From sequence record SRR22947727_230: 53,816 bases of DNA. One strand, given 5' to 3'. Below the pieces are notes generated by a model. It worked only from the letters and a program-made list of their open reading frames with translations. It did no database searches and was not told where the DNA came from. The translations under genes were made by a program, and so were the position numbers. Shown in pieces: positions 9,592-18,564 of this stretch (within the stretch, counting starts at the first letter, position 1; every line of letters starts with the position of its first letter).

Positions 9592-10058
9592 ATTTTATTA
9601 TTAATTTTTAACCAATTTTTAAACTTATTTTTTATTTTAGTTGGACTTTCTGGATTAGGTGTTAGAAATTTTTTACCTTTTATGGAAATTATATTTATAT
9701 ACTTCTTAAATTCAGTTGGAATTTTTAATGAAGGAACTTTTTGTGAGCCAGTAGTTTGAGATAACCTATTGCTAAGTATAAAATATTTTAAATTTTTACA
9801 AGCTGTTAGATTGTGCCACGAAGCTGAGCCCATAATTGCGTTATAATCTCCATCAATAACAATAACTCTAAGTTTTTTATTTGATATTGCCATACCCATC
9901 CCAATAGACAAGGCTTCTCCCATAGCATGCAACATATAAAAAGTTCTATTATTATTTATAAAATAATTAGCTTCTCTTGATGATAATCCGTTGCTTATTA
10001 TAATTGCAGAGTTAGGATTTTGATTTGTTATATTTCTTATTGCAGAAATTCTATTCAT
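9588..10058 (-). CDS. ThDP-dependent decarboxylase beta subunit (sulfopyruvate ComE / phosphonopyruvate decarboxylase-like)
   Basis: SNGLSSRE, FYMLHAMG.ALSIGMG, IDGDYNAIMG, N...TTGSQ. ATG at 10058 overlaps the alpha-subunit stop. Confidence 0.8.
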   Translation of the reverse strand: MNRISAIRNITNQNPNSAIIISNGLSSREANYFINNNRTFYMLHAMGEALSIGMGMAISNKKLRVIVIDGDYNAIMGSASWHNLTACKNLKYFILSNRLSQTTGSQKVPSLKIPTEFKKYINIISIKGKKFLTPNPESPTKIKNKFKNWLKINNKI

Positions 10059-10554
10059 CAATATTGCCTCTTTCAAAGACTATAAACACGACTTTATTTT
10101 TTTTAAAAGCCATATCATATCCTTTTTTTACTGCCTTAAGCCCATCTTTATTAAAATCGAAAGAGATAAAACCAAGCGTTTTTATAAGTTTTTTTGTAAT
10201 TTCGCCCCATTTTTTGTGTTGTATTTCTTCCCAAGGTAATTTTCCTCTATTAGAAATAAATATTAAACAACCTTCAGAATATAAATGGAATGTACCAATT
10301 ATTGAATCAATTGATAATCCTAAGCCACTATTTTGCATAATTATTAAACTTTTTTTTTGCAAGAGGTTAGAGCCAAAGGACATTGATATAGCATGGTTTT
10401 CCCTTGCACATATGGTTTTTTTTGATATTTTTTTTATTAGTTTTGTAAAAATGCTATCAGGAACATAAAATGTATTGCTGAAATTTTTATCAACAAATTG
10501 AGAGAGAGACATTAAATGGCTCTTTTTTTTAAAAAAAATTTTTGTTTTTTTCAT
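10051..10554 (-). CDS. ThDP-dependent decarboxylase alpha subunit (ComD / phosphonopyruvate decarboxylase-like)
   Basis: VPDS, ARENHAISMSFG, MQNSGLG, ISNRG, QH..WG..T motifs. Confidence 0.8.
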   Translation of the reverse strand: MKKTKIFFKKKSHLMSLSQFVDKNFSNTFYVPDSIFTKLIKKISKKTICARENHAISMSFGSNLLQKKSLIIMQNSGLGLSIDSIIGTFHLYSEGCLIFISNRGKLPWEEIQHKKWGEITKKLIKTLGFISFDFNKDGLKAVKKGYDMAFKKNKVVFIVFERGNIDE

Positions 10555-11620
10555 TTAATTTTTTAACTAAATTTTGAAAATTAATATTATTTAATTCATT
10601 ATAACATACATTTTTTAAAGTTTTATCTTGTTTCATTCTAGTAACAACATTTTTTATATTGATCTTTTTATTATTAACCTGCAATTTTTTTTTATTCTTT
10701 ATTTCTAAATCTTTAATCCAATTACTAAGTTTGATATTTTTCCATTTTTCAATTTTAGAAATATCTTTTATTATGAAGGGTTTATTAAATTCAAGTGCTA
10801 GATTTGTTAGATAGAGGTTCAGCAGACCGTGGGGTAAATTATAATATTTTGATACAGCAACTGATAAAGTATGCATTATAGAAGTTCTTGATTTTGTAAT
10901 ACATACACCTCCTATTAAAGCTAATAACATGTAATCTTTATATTTTTTTGATTCTATTTTCTTATCTAATAAACTTATTCCCAATCTAACTCCTTGAAAA
11001 GCCAACTTTTTAATTTTTAAATTTTGACTTTTATTAAGATAAACTTCTAAACAATGTGAAAAAGCATCATATAGAGAAGCAAAAATAATTTTTTTATTAA
11101 TATATCTTAGTAAATCCGGATAAATATAAGTATTTTTAGGAATCAATTTTTGATCAGATATTGTAAATTTTCTTTTTGTTTCTGAATTTATAATTACAGA
11201 ATATGGAGAAATATCACTGCCACTACCACATGTCGTAGGTATACAGTTTATTGGAATTGAATGATTTATTTTATTATTAAATTCATAGTACTGAATTTTA
11301 TTTTTAGGGTTTGTGATTGATAGAGCTTTTGCAAAATCAATAGTACTTCCGCCTCCGATTACAAGTAGTATATCAGCTTTAAGCATTTTTTTATAATAAG
11401 AGTTAACCATTTTTGATGTAGGTTCTCCACTTGGTTTAATAATAATTTGTAAAATTTGTTTATTAAATTTAATTTTTATTAATCGAAAAATATTTCTATT
11501 TAAATTCTTAGGAATTATTAAAATAATTTTTTCTTTAATTTTTATATTAGTAAGAAAATTTTTAGAAATATGAACATTGGTTTTAATTTGATATTTCTTA
11601 TTCATGATTATTTGTACCAA
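10529..11620 (-). CDS. Iron-containing (group III) alcohol dehydrogenase
   Basis: GEPT, IGGGSTIDFAK, IPTTCGSGSD, DAFSHCLE, HTLS, PHG metal/NAD motifs; alternative ATG at 11605. Confidence 0.9.
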   Translation of the reverse strand: MVQIIMNKKYQIKTNVHISKNFLTNIKIKEKIILIIPKNLNRNIFRLIKIKFNKQILQIIIKPSGEPTSKMVNSYYKKMLKADILLVIGGGSTIDFAKALSITNPKNKIQYYEFNNKINHSIPINCIPTTCGSGSDISPYSVIINSETKRKFTISDQKLIPKNTYIYPDLLRYINKKIIFASLYDAFSHCLEVYLNKSQNLKIKKLAFQGVRLGISLLDKKIESKKYKDYMLLALIGGVCITKSRTSIMHTLSVAVSKYYNLPHGLLNLYLTNLALEFNKPFIIKDISKIEKWKNIKLSNWIKDLEIKNKKKLQVNNKKINIKNVVTRMKQDKTLKNVCYNELNNINFQNLVKKLNEKNKNFF

Positions 11621-11625
11621 TAGAA

Positions 11626-12630
11626 CTAAAAAGCATTTATCATTTTTTTTAAAAAAGTTTTTTTATTTAAAATCTTTTCTTTTTTCCAAATTCCTATAAA
11701 TTTACCACTCCTTTTCTTTTTTATAATCGATTGTTTTTTTAATTTGTTAAAAATTTCAATATTATAAATATCATTTTGATAATAATGTGGAAAAAAAACT
11801 TCACAAATACTATCTCCTAATAATCCAACATTAAGCTCATATATGTAAAAATCATTCTCATTAACCTTTAAGGATATGCTAAAACAACCGTAATAATCAT
11901 TTAATAAAAAATTCATTTTTTTTATAGATAAGTCTATTTTTTTTTTCAATTTATTTGAAATTTTATGTATTGGTGGAGAACAGGTTCCTAGATGATTTAA
12001 CTTTCCCGATTTAGAAAATTTATTAAATTCTTGTAAATATAACAATGGGCATGTTTTTTCATTTCTATAATGTTTAAAAAAAAATATTGAAATATCAAAG
12101 CCGTCAAGTTCCTTTTGAATATTAAATTTTTTATTATGACTTATATTGTCATTTTTAAATTTTTTTTTAATTTTGCTAATTTGATTTAAATAAACTGAAT
12201 AAACATATTTTTTACCTATTAAGGGAGCATCTGGTTTTATTACAAACCTGTTGCTTTGCAGCATACTGTAGGGTGGTTTAGTTTGAATCTTTTTTGATTT
12301 TAATATTTTTTCTAAAAAGGATTTACTATAAATTGATTTAGCAAGAGTGATGCTAACCTTATTTTTTAATTTAATACTACATAAATAGCTGTAAAGTAAA
12401 ATAGCAGGACCTGATGATCTAAAAACTATATCTGAAACTTTAATTTCCTTAAAATACTTAAATATTTTTTTTTTATTAAAATTATAGATTGAGTTTTTTA
12501 AAAAAAGAAAATTTTTTCTTAATTTTAATTTTTTGTCTATAACAATTAAGTTTTTTTTTTTTTTTAAAATCTTTTCGATGATTGGTACTTGGCTTTTTCC
12601 ATTCCCCAGTACTAGAAAAGTTTCTTTCAT
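11626..12630 (-). CDS. ATP-grasp-like protein
   Basis: LVLGNGKSQVPII, VIKPDAPLIGK, IQKELDG.DIS, YELNVGLLGD. Confidence 0.65.
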   Translation of the reverse strand: MKETFLVLGNGKSQVPIIEKILKKKKNLIVIDKKLKLRKNFLFLKNSIYNFNKKKIFKYFKEIKVSDIVFRSSGPAILLYSYLCSIKLKNKVSITLAKSIYSKSFLEKILKSKKIQTKPPYSMLQSNRFVIKPDAPLIGKKYVYSVYLNQISKIKKKFKNDNISHNKKFNIQKELDGFDISIFFFKHYRNEKTCPLLYLQEFNKFSKSGKLNHLGTCSPPIHKISNKLKKKIDLSIKKMNFLLNDYYGCFSISLKVNENDFYIYELNVGLLGDSICEVFFPHYYQNDIYNIEIFNKLKKQSIIKKKRSGKFIGIWKKEKILNKKTFLKKMINAF

Positions 12631-12638
12631 TTTATCTA

Positions 12639-13706
12639 TTAAGTTTTAACTTTATTTAAACTGTAATTCCAAAAATAGGAAGTTTTTCTTTCTTTTATTT
12701 TGTAAATTTTACCTTTCCAATTATTTTTTATCCAAACATTGAATTTTTTTTTTAAAATATTATCTGCTTCATCATAAGGAGTAATTATAATTATATTATA
12801 TTTTTTACTATTTAATTTTTTAAAATCTAAAATTTTAAATTTTTTTTGAAATTTTTTCCCCACTTCATCTTTAAATGATGACGTAAAATCTATTTTTTTA
12901 TTTTTAATTAATTTTGAAGAAATCAAGTATTCAGAAAAAATCCCAGCACCATAAAATAAAATATTATTTTTTTCATTATTTACTATTTTTAAAAGATTAT
13001 TTTGAAATTTTATTTTTATTGCTTTACTGATATTATTTTTATTAATAAATTTTTTTTCGAGTTTTTTCCATAATTTTTTTTCAATTTGATAACTATTTGA
13101 GCTTAATTCTTTATCGGGATTATTCTTTGTGCTAGTACCTTCGTGATAGAAGTAATGATTTAAGACTGCTAGTCTCAATCCCTTTGCTTTAGCCTTTAGA
13201 ATAAATGTTAATTCATCCCATCTATTCATTCCATAATTGGGGTAGAATCTATTTTGAAATTTAAATGTTTCTTTATTTAAATAAAGGAAACAGCCACACG
13301 TACAATCAGCATATTTCCATTCTTGTTTTGGATTCTGTTTTAGTTGCATTCCTCTTTTTAATGGTCTCAGGAAAGTATTTTGTTTGATTTTAACTAACTC
13401 ATATCCATTATCTTGAATCTTATTTGATTTTGGGTAGAGCATACTTGCACCCCACATTTCAGCTTTATCTTCATTTTTCATAAGTTTTTCATGCCATCCA
13501 GGTGTAAATTGAACGTCGTCAGCAACTATTAGGATATTGTTTTTTGTACCAACTGTTTTTATAATTTTATTTAGGGTGTGACCTCTAGATTTATTTTCAC
13601 TAAATCTATAAATTTTGTGATCTTGAATATTAATAGTTTTTTTTAATGAATTAAAACACTTTAAATAATTATTTTTACCCAAAGAATTTATAATTGCTAT
13701 ATTCAT
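12639..13706 (-). CDS. GT2-like glycosyltransferase with C-terminal Rossmann-like domain
   Basis: IVADDVQF..GW, IQDNG, CGCFLY, DELTF, YHEG; C-terminal ILFYGAG. ATG at 13706 directly follows the upstream stop. Confidence 0.65.
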   Translation of the reverse strand: MNIAIINSLGKNNYLKCFNSLKKTINIQDHKIYRFSENKSRGHTLNKIIKTVGTKNNILIVADDVQFTPGWHEKLMKNEDKAEMWGASMLYPKSNKIQDNGYELVKIKQNTFLRPLKRGMQLKQNPKQEWKYADCTCGCFLYLNKETFKFQNRFYPNYGMNRWDELTFILKAKAKGLRLAVLNHYFYHEGTSTKNNPDKELSSNSYQIEKKLWKKLEKKFINKNNISKAIKIKFQNNLLKIVNNEKNNILFYGAGIFSEYLISSKLIKNKKIDFTSSFKDEVGKKFQKKFKILDFKKLNSKKYNIIIITPYDEADNILKKKFNVWIKNNWKGKIYKIKERKTSYFWNYSLNKVKT

Positions 13707-13707
13707 T

Positions 13708-14664
13708 TTATTTTTTAAAAACTCTTGTTTTACCACTTTTGTTAATTTTAATAATTAGTTTATTTATGTTATTGAGCTTAAAATTATGAAATAAGTCTTT
13801 TTTACCCAGCCAATTATATACGTAAGCTTTATAAAAATCATTATTCATAAAGATCATTAAATGTTCAAGCCTTTTTGGAGGGTCAAACCCAATATCAATT
13901 ATATACCAGTTATTTTCATTAATAATTAAATCAAATTTTATTAAGAATTTATTAAGCTTAGTTGAATTTACAAATTTAATTATTTTATTTTCTATTTTTT
14001 TTGAATATTTGCTCAATTTTACTACAGGATAACAAATCTGGTCAGTAATTTTTTTAAAAATAAAAAAATTGCCATTTAAAAAGTTAACTCTGAAATGATG
14101 TCCATTTATCTTTTCTTGGAGCAGAAAATATTTTTTATAGAAATCATCTTTGCGAGGCAGTGTTGGAGTATTTCCATTTTTTATAAAATAACAGTAGTTT
14201 GGTGATTTGCCATAATCGGACTTTAAAAAATATTCTTTAGTTTTATCAACAATTACTTTTCTTTTTGAAATATATTTAGTTTCAGGAATTGGAATCTTAT
14301 TTTTAATAAAAAGTTTATTCATTTTTCTTTTATCAATACATTTATCTATTATAGTTGGCTGAATAAATTTTATATTTAATTTTTTTGCAATTTTAGCCAA
14401 ACTTAGAAGTGAAATTTGAGAAGCAGCTGTAAAAAAAAATCCTTTAGATGAAAATTTTTTTAAAATTAAAAATTTAATAATCTTTTTTTCATTAGTATAA
14501 GAAGTTTTTAAAAAATAATCACAGTATTTTTTTCCTGGAGCAGCTAGATTTTTATCAACACCAAATATCTTGTAACCTAATTGTTTAATTATTTTGATAT
14601 AAGGTAGCTGATCATGATTTAACCCAAGTATAAGAATATCTTTATTTATATTTAAAACTTTCAT
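13708..14664 (-). CDS. ATP-grasp-like protein
   Basis: ILGLNHDQLPYI, VDKN..APG, DKRKM, IPIP, FLKSDYG, LQEKING, KFD, IIDIG. Confidence 0.7.
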   Translation of the reverse strand: MKVLNINKDILILGLNHDQLPYIKIIKQLGYKIFGVDKNLAAPGKKYCDYFLKTSYTNEKKIIKFLILKKFSSKGFFFTAASQISLLSLAKIAKKLNIKFIQPTIIDKCIDKRKMNKLFIKNKIPIPETKYISKRKVIVDKTKEYFLKSDYGKSPNYCYFIKNGNTPTLPRKDDFYKKYFLLQEKINGHHFRVNFLNGNFFIFKKITDQICYPVVKLSKYSKKIENKIIKFVNSTKLNKFLIKFDLIINENNWYIIDIGFDPPKRLEHLMIFMNNDFYKAYVYNWLGKKDLFHNFKLNNINKLIIKINKSGKTRVFKK

Positions 14665-15673
14665 AAATTATTTTTGCAATTTTTTCTGTGCCGCTTCTAA
14701 TATACTTTGAATATTTAAATTTATTACTAAATAAATATTTTTGATATTTATTTATAACTTTATTAAAAACTTTTTCATTAAAAATTGAGGTATTTTTAAT
14801 GCAGTATCCAATTTTAGCTTTTTGAAATATCGATGCAGACATTTCGTCATCTTTTGAATTTGTAAACAATATAGAGTATTTTTGTAATGCAGCTACCTCA
14901 TAAGCCGTTACGCCAAAGGGCAGGATAGTTAATAACGACTCTTTAATCATTCTTTTAATGTGATATTTGTTTTTTATAACTGATATTTCATGATGACTTT
15001 CTTTAATGATTTTTTTATGTTTGCTATCAAGATTTATTCTAAATCCTAATAAAATGACTAATTCTAATCTATTTTTGAAAGAATTCATTTTTTTTAAAAT
15101 TTTATAAGTGAAATTTTTACTATTAGAGCCACCACCCATTATAAGTATTTTTTGTTGAACAGTTTTATGTTTTATAACTTTTTCAAATTGACTTCTTAAA
15201 GGTATATACTGCCAACCAATAAATTTTTTACCTGTAAAGTTTGCCCAATTCATTTTATTTACTTGAGGTACAGGAGGGTAAAAACAAATATCACTATAGT
15301 TTTTTTTATTATATTTATCGTCAATTGTAATAATTTTTATTTTATTATTACTTAGTTTTTTCAAAAAATTAATTGAGTAATTTTTTTTTATATCAAAAAA
15401 AATACAATTAATTTTTAATTTGTTAATTAGTTTTAAAATTTTTACTTCTTCGTTTAAATGATTTTTTGTTTTATTTAGATATATTATTTTGATCTTTTTA
15501 TTTTTAATTAAAGACTTGGAGGAAAAATCTTTATTTACAATAAAATATATTTGAAATGAATATTTTTTATTTAATTTTTCAGCAATAGAAAGACATCTCA
15601 TAAAATGCCCATAACCAATTTTTTTTGACACCTCAAATCTAAAAGCAATTTTTTTTTTTATATATGTGGCCAT
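14642..15673 (-). CDS. pseG: PseG/SpsG-like UDP-sugar hydrolase
   Basis: IAFRFEVSKKIGYGHFMRCLSIA, ITIDD, YIPLRSQF, MGGGS, GVTAYE. Confidence 0.8.
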   Translation of the reverse strand: MATYIKKKIAFRFEVSKKIGYGHFMRCLSIAEKLNKKYSFQIYFIVNKDFSSKSLIKNKKIKIIYLNKTKNHLNEEVKILKLINKLKINCIFFDIKKNYSINFLKKLSNNKIKIITIDDKYNKKNYSDICFYPPVPQVNKMNWANFTGKKFIGWQYIPLRSQFEKVIKHKTVQQKILIMGGGSNSKNFTYKILKKMNSFKNRLELVILLGFRINLDSKHKKIIKESHHEISVIKNKYHIKRMIKESLLTILPFGVTAYEVAALQKYSILFTNSKDDEMSASIFQKAKIGYCIKNTSIFNEKVFNKVINKYQKYLFSNKFKYSKYIRSGTEKIAKIIYESFKYK

Positions 15674-15741
15674 AATCTTGGTTCTTTTAGTTTAGAATTT
15701 GAATTCAATAGAGTTAATTTTTTTAATAAGGTTTTGAAAGG
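15617..15741 (-). repeat. Diverged direct repeat copy 1: decayed AKR 3' end plus the functional pseG start
   Basis: 15741-15658 translates PFKTLLKKLTLLNSNSKLKEPRLWPHI*, versus the intact AKR end LSNSYLKKLSIFDSKSKLKDPRLWPFV* (14 of the last 22 aa identical, same stop position). Confidence 0.85.
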
Positions 15742-15779
15742 CTTATTTTAAAATTCTAACAATAGTATGTTGCGTTTTT

Positions 15780-16271
15780 TTAACTATTTGCTAATTTTTT
15801 TAAGTTTATTAAATTTAATTTTAAAATACTCTCAATAATTCCTGAGAAGACAAAAGTAGAGATTAAACTATAAGTAAAAAAGGGGATTGCCAATGTGTAG
15901 CAAAGTAAAAGACCTTGAAAAGTGTAGGTATAAGATCCCAAGGTCCATATTCCAAAGTTTGTTATTATAAAAAACAAACCAGCTCCTATTAATGATCCAA
16001 AAATTCTATTTAAAATAGTTGTAGCAAAAAACCTAGATCCAAGTCCAATTAAAATTATACTACCCCAAGTAAAGGGGGTAATGCCATGAAGGCCAATAAT
16101 TAAGTCAGTTATTATAAAACTTATGACTAAGGCTGGCAAATATCTAATTCCCAGTAATGTGGGTACATAAAAACTCAAGGCCATTAAACTAGTAAAATTT
16201 GGTGGATGAGGAATAAAACGACTAGCTGCCAAAACAAGAAAAATGCCTATGCTTACTTTTAGATAATTCAC
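15780..16271 (-). CDS. DUF6580-type small membrane transporter (ECF S-component/BtuM-like), probable cobalamin inner-membrane importer
   Basis: RFIPHPPNFT, FFIITNFGIW, GLLLCYTLAIPFF; hydrophobic 163 aa; directly downstream of btuB; GTG start. Confidence 0.75.
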   Translation of the reverse strand: MNYLKVSIGIFLVLAASRFIPHPPNFTSLMALSFYVPTLLGIRYLPALVISFIITDLIIGLHGITPFTWGSIILIGLGSRFFATTILNRIFGSLIGAGLFFIITNFGIWTLGSYTYTFQGLLLCYTLAIPFFTYSLISTFVFSGIIESILKLNLINLKKLANS

Positions 16272-16331
16272 TAAAAAATTATATTGAATTTAAAAAAATA
16301 AGCAAGTGCAAAGGCAATTTTATTTTTATAT

Positions 16332-18293
16332 TTAGTATGTTTTTTTAAAACCAAAATTATAACTTCTATCCATCTGTGAATACTGAACAGCAGTTTCATA
16401 TTTTTTGTCTAAAACATTTGTTATATCAAAATAAAAATTATAATTATTTAGGTAGTTATATCTAAATGATAAATCATTAACCAAATAACTATCCAGTGTT
16501 TCATTTTCAAATCCTGGAGATTTATCACTAGTTGCGTTTCCATTTCCATAGTCTCTTGCTTTGTCAGACCACTTGGTTTTTAAACTGATATCTAAATCAT
16601 TATAAGCAGGAATTTTTACATTTGTAATTAAGTTAACTAAATTCCTAGGAACTCTTACCATTTGAGAACCTGAATCTGACCCAGAAGGGTTATCTTCATC
16701 TGCACCATCATAACTTGATGTATATGTATAATTTAGATCAAAATTAAACATTTCATTTAATTTAAATTTAGATATTAATTCTATACCTTGTGATTTAACA
16801 TTTGCTATTGTGTTTTGGGTAGTTGAAGTGCCACCACCTGCTGTATTAGTTTCCCAGCCTTCAAGGGCATCAAAGTATTTAACATTAAAGTAAGTAAGAT
16901 CTATTAATAAATTTGGACTTATAGATTTTTCAATCCCAAGGTCAAAACTTTGACTTGTTTCTGCTTTTACAAAAGGTAATGCACTGGCGCCCGACCTCCA
17001 CACATATTTCATTTCATATAATGAAGGAAATCTATACCCTGTACCATATGAAGATTTTAACCTTGTAGACTTATCATCAAATACATAAGCAAGGGTTGCT
17101 CTATGAGAATCTTCATTTGAACCTCCACCTGCAAGTGAATGTTCGTCAAATCTTGCACCAAAAGTACCATAAATATTATTTGTTAATCTGCTTTGAAAAT
17201 CAAAATATTGAGATGTGATATAAGCATTAGAATCTATCCTTCCTGTGGCATTACTATTTAGTCCCATCTGGTCATCTTCTCTCTCTAATCCAAATACAAT
17301 GCTATTATCTAAATTAAAATTATAATTACCTTGGTAAAGATAGGCATATCTTTCACCATAATAATTATCTTGTTGTGTATTATTACTATTTGGCGTTCGA
17401 GCATAAATCCTTTCTATATATGTGTTTGCAATAGTAAGTCTATTTGTAAGCTTCTCTGTTGATTTATAAATTAGACTAACATTTATTGATGACTCTATAG
17501 CATCAACTTCCTCGCTATGGTCACAAGTTGAACAACCAAAACTACCCTCTATCTGTGGATGATCATATTGCAAGTATGTTTCTGCGACTCTCACATTGCT
17601 TTCTAATTTCAATGTATCAGAAAATTTATTCCCAAAACTAGCTATTAACCCATTATTTCTATATCTATCTTTTTCATCATTATGAGTCATTTGTGAAATT
17701 CCATCTGTATGAAACCTTTGAAGACCGAAAAAATAATTCATATTTTCATCTCCACCTGAAACAGAAGTGGCTAAATTATGTGTATCATGAGAGCCGGTTG
17801 TATAACTTGTATTTTTTTTAAAACCAGGTTCTCCTTTTTTAGTAGTAACGTGTATAGTTCCACCGATAGCTCCACTTCCATAAACTGAACTTTGATTGCC
17901 TTTTAAAATTTCTACTCTAGATACTTGACTGGTTAAAATATTGTTAAAATCAAAATCATTAGAGACACTTGATGGATCTGACATTTTAACACCATCAATA
18001 TAAACAGTAGTATATCTTTTAGGCATGCCTCTCAATTGAATTGCTGATGATGTCCCGTGACCACCACTTTGATAAAAATTAGCACCAGCTGTAGATGTAC
18101 TTAAGGCATCTCCTAAAAAATATTCAGTAGAATTATTAAAAAATTTTTCATCTAATGTAGTTACCGATGTACCTACTGTCGATAAAGACTGAGGTTTTTT
18201 GCTCGCTGAGATTACAATTATAGGAATTTCTTTTGAAAACACTAAATTTGTAATTAAAATAAAATAAACAAGTATAAATATTCTTACCATCAT
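16332..18293 (-). CDS. btuB: TonB-dependent receptor, BtuB-like cobalamin transporter
   Basis: Signal peptide, TonB-box-like IIVISAS, plug motifs (LRG..VYIDGV, RVEILKGNQSSVYGSGAIGGTI), FGARFD, SYGTGYRFPSLYE, NVLDKKYE, terminal aromatic residue; downstream of a cobalamin riboswitch. Start may be 18302, 18293 or 18290. Confidence 0.85.
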   Translation of the reverse strand: MMVRIFILVYFILITNLVFSKEIPIIVISASKKPQSLSTVGTSVTTLDEKFFNNSTEYFLGDALSTSTAGANFYQSGGHGTSSAIQLRGMPKRYTTVYIDGVKMSDPSSVSNDFDFNNILTSQVSRVEILKGNQSSVYGSGAIGGTIHVTTKKGEPGFKKNTSYTTGSHDTHNLATSVSGGDENMNYFFGLQRFHTDGISQMTHNDEKDRYRNNGLIASFGNKFSDTLKLESNVRVAETYLQYDHPQIEGSFGCSTCDHSEEVDAIESSINVSLIYKSTEKLTNRLTIANTYIERIYARTPNSNNTQQDNYYGERYAYLYQGNYNFNLDNSIVFGLEREDDQMGLNSNATGRIDSNAYITSQYFDFQSRLTNNIYGTFGARFDEHSLAGGGSNEDSHRATLAYVFDDKSTRLKSSYGTGYRFPSLYEMKYVWRSGASALPFVKAETSQSFDLGIEKSISPNLLIDLTYFNVKYFDALEGWETNTAGGGTSTTQNTIANVKSQGIELISKFKLNEMFNFDLNYTYTSSYDGADEDNPSGSDSGSQMVRVPRNLVNLITNVKIPAYNDLDISLKTKWSDKARDYGNGNATSDKSPGFENETLDSYLVNDLSFRYNYLNNYNFYFDITNVLDKKYETAVQYSQMDRSYNFGFKKTY

Positions 18294-18369
18294 TTGACAC
18301 ATCCATTGTTAAGATTCATACAAAAATATAAATCTTATTAATTAATGCCGATGTTAATTAAAAATTGTA

Positions 18370-18486
18370 GAACTAGACTTTTCCTGGCCCTCGTTCAACA
18401 GCGGACTGCATTGGATGGCACTCGGTCTTTATACCGTTGCAGGAACAGATAATGAGTTTCACATTATTCCCCATCAAGATTCAATG
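18370..18486 (-). ncRNA. Cobalamin riboswitch (compact class II / AdoCbl-variant-like)
   Basis: Minus strand reads CATTGAATCTTGATGGGGAATAATGTGAAACTCATTATCTGTTCCTGCAACGGTATAAAGACCGAGTGCCATCCAATG...GAACGAGGGCCAGGAAAAGTCTAGTTC. It shows GGGAA, a GTGAAA T-loop hairpin (ATAATG/CATTAT), GCAACGG, GCCA, outer CATTG/CAATG and ATGG/CCAT pairings, and TTCCTG/CAGGAA kissing-loop complementarity. Confidence 0.85.
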
Positions 18487-18492
18487 TGAGTT

Positions 18493-18521
18493 TATTTAAT
18501 ATTATGGAGTATATTTGTCAA
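18493..18521 (-). promoter_or_regulatory. Putative sigma70 promoter of the riboswitch-btuB transcript
   Basis: TTGACA (18521-18516), 17-nt spacer, TAAATA (18498-18493); this places the start site near 18487, immediately before riboswitch P1. Confidence 0.55.
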
Positions 18522-18564
18522 ATCTTTAATATTTTAAAATATCCCTTTATTATATAAAAAATTT

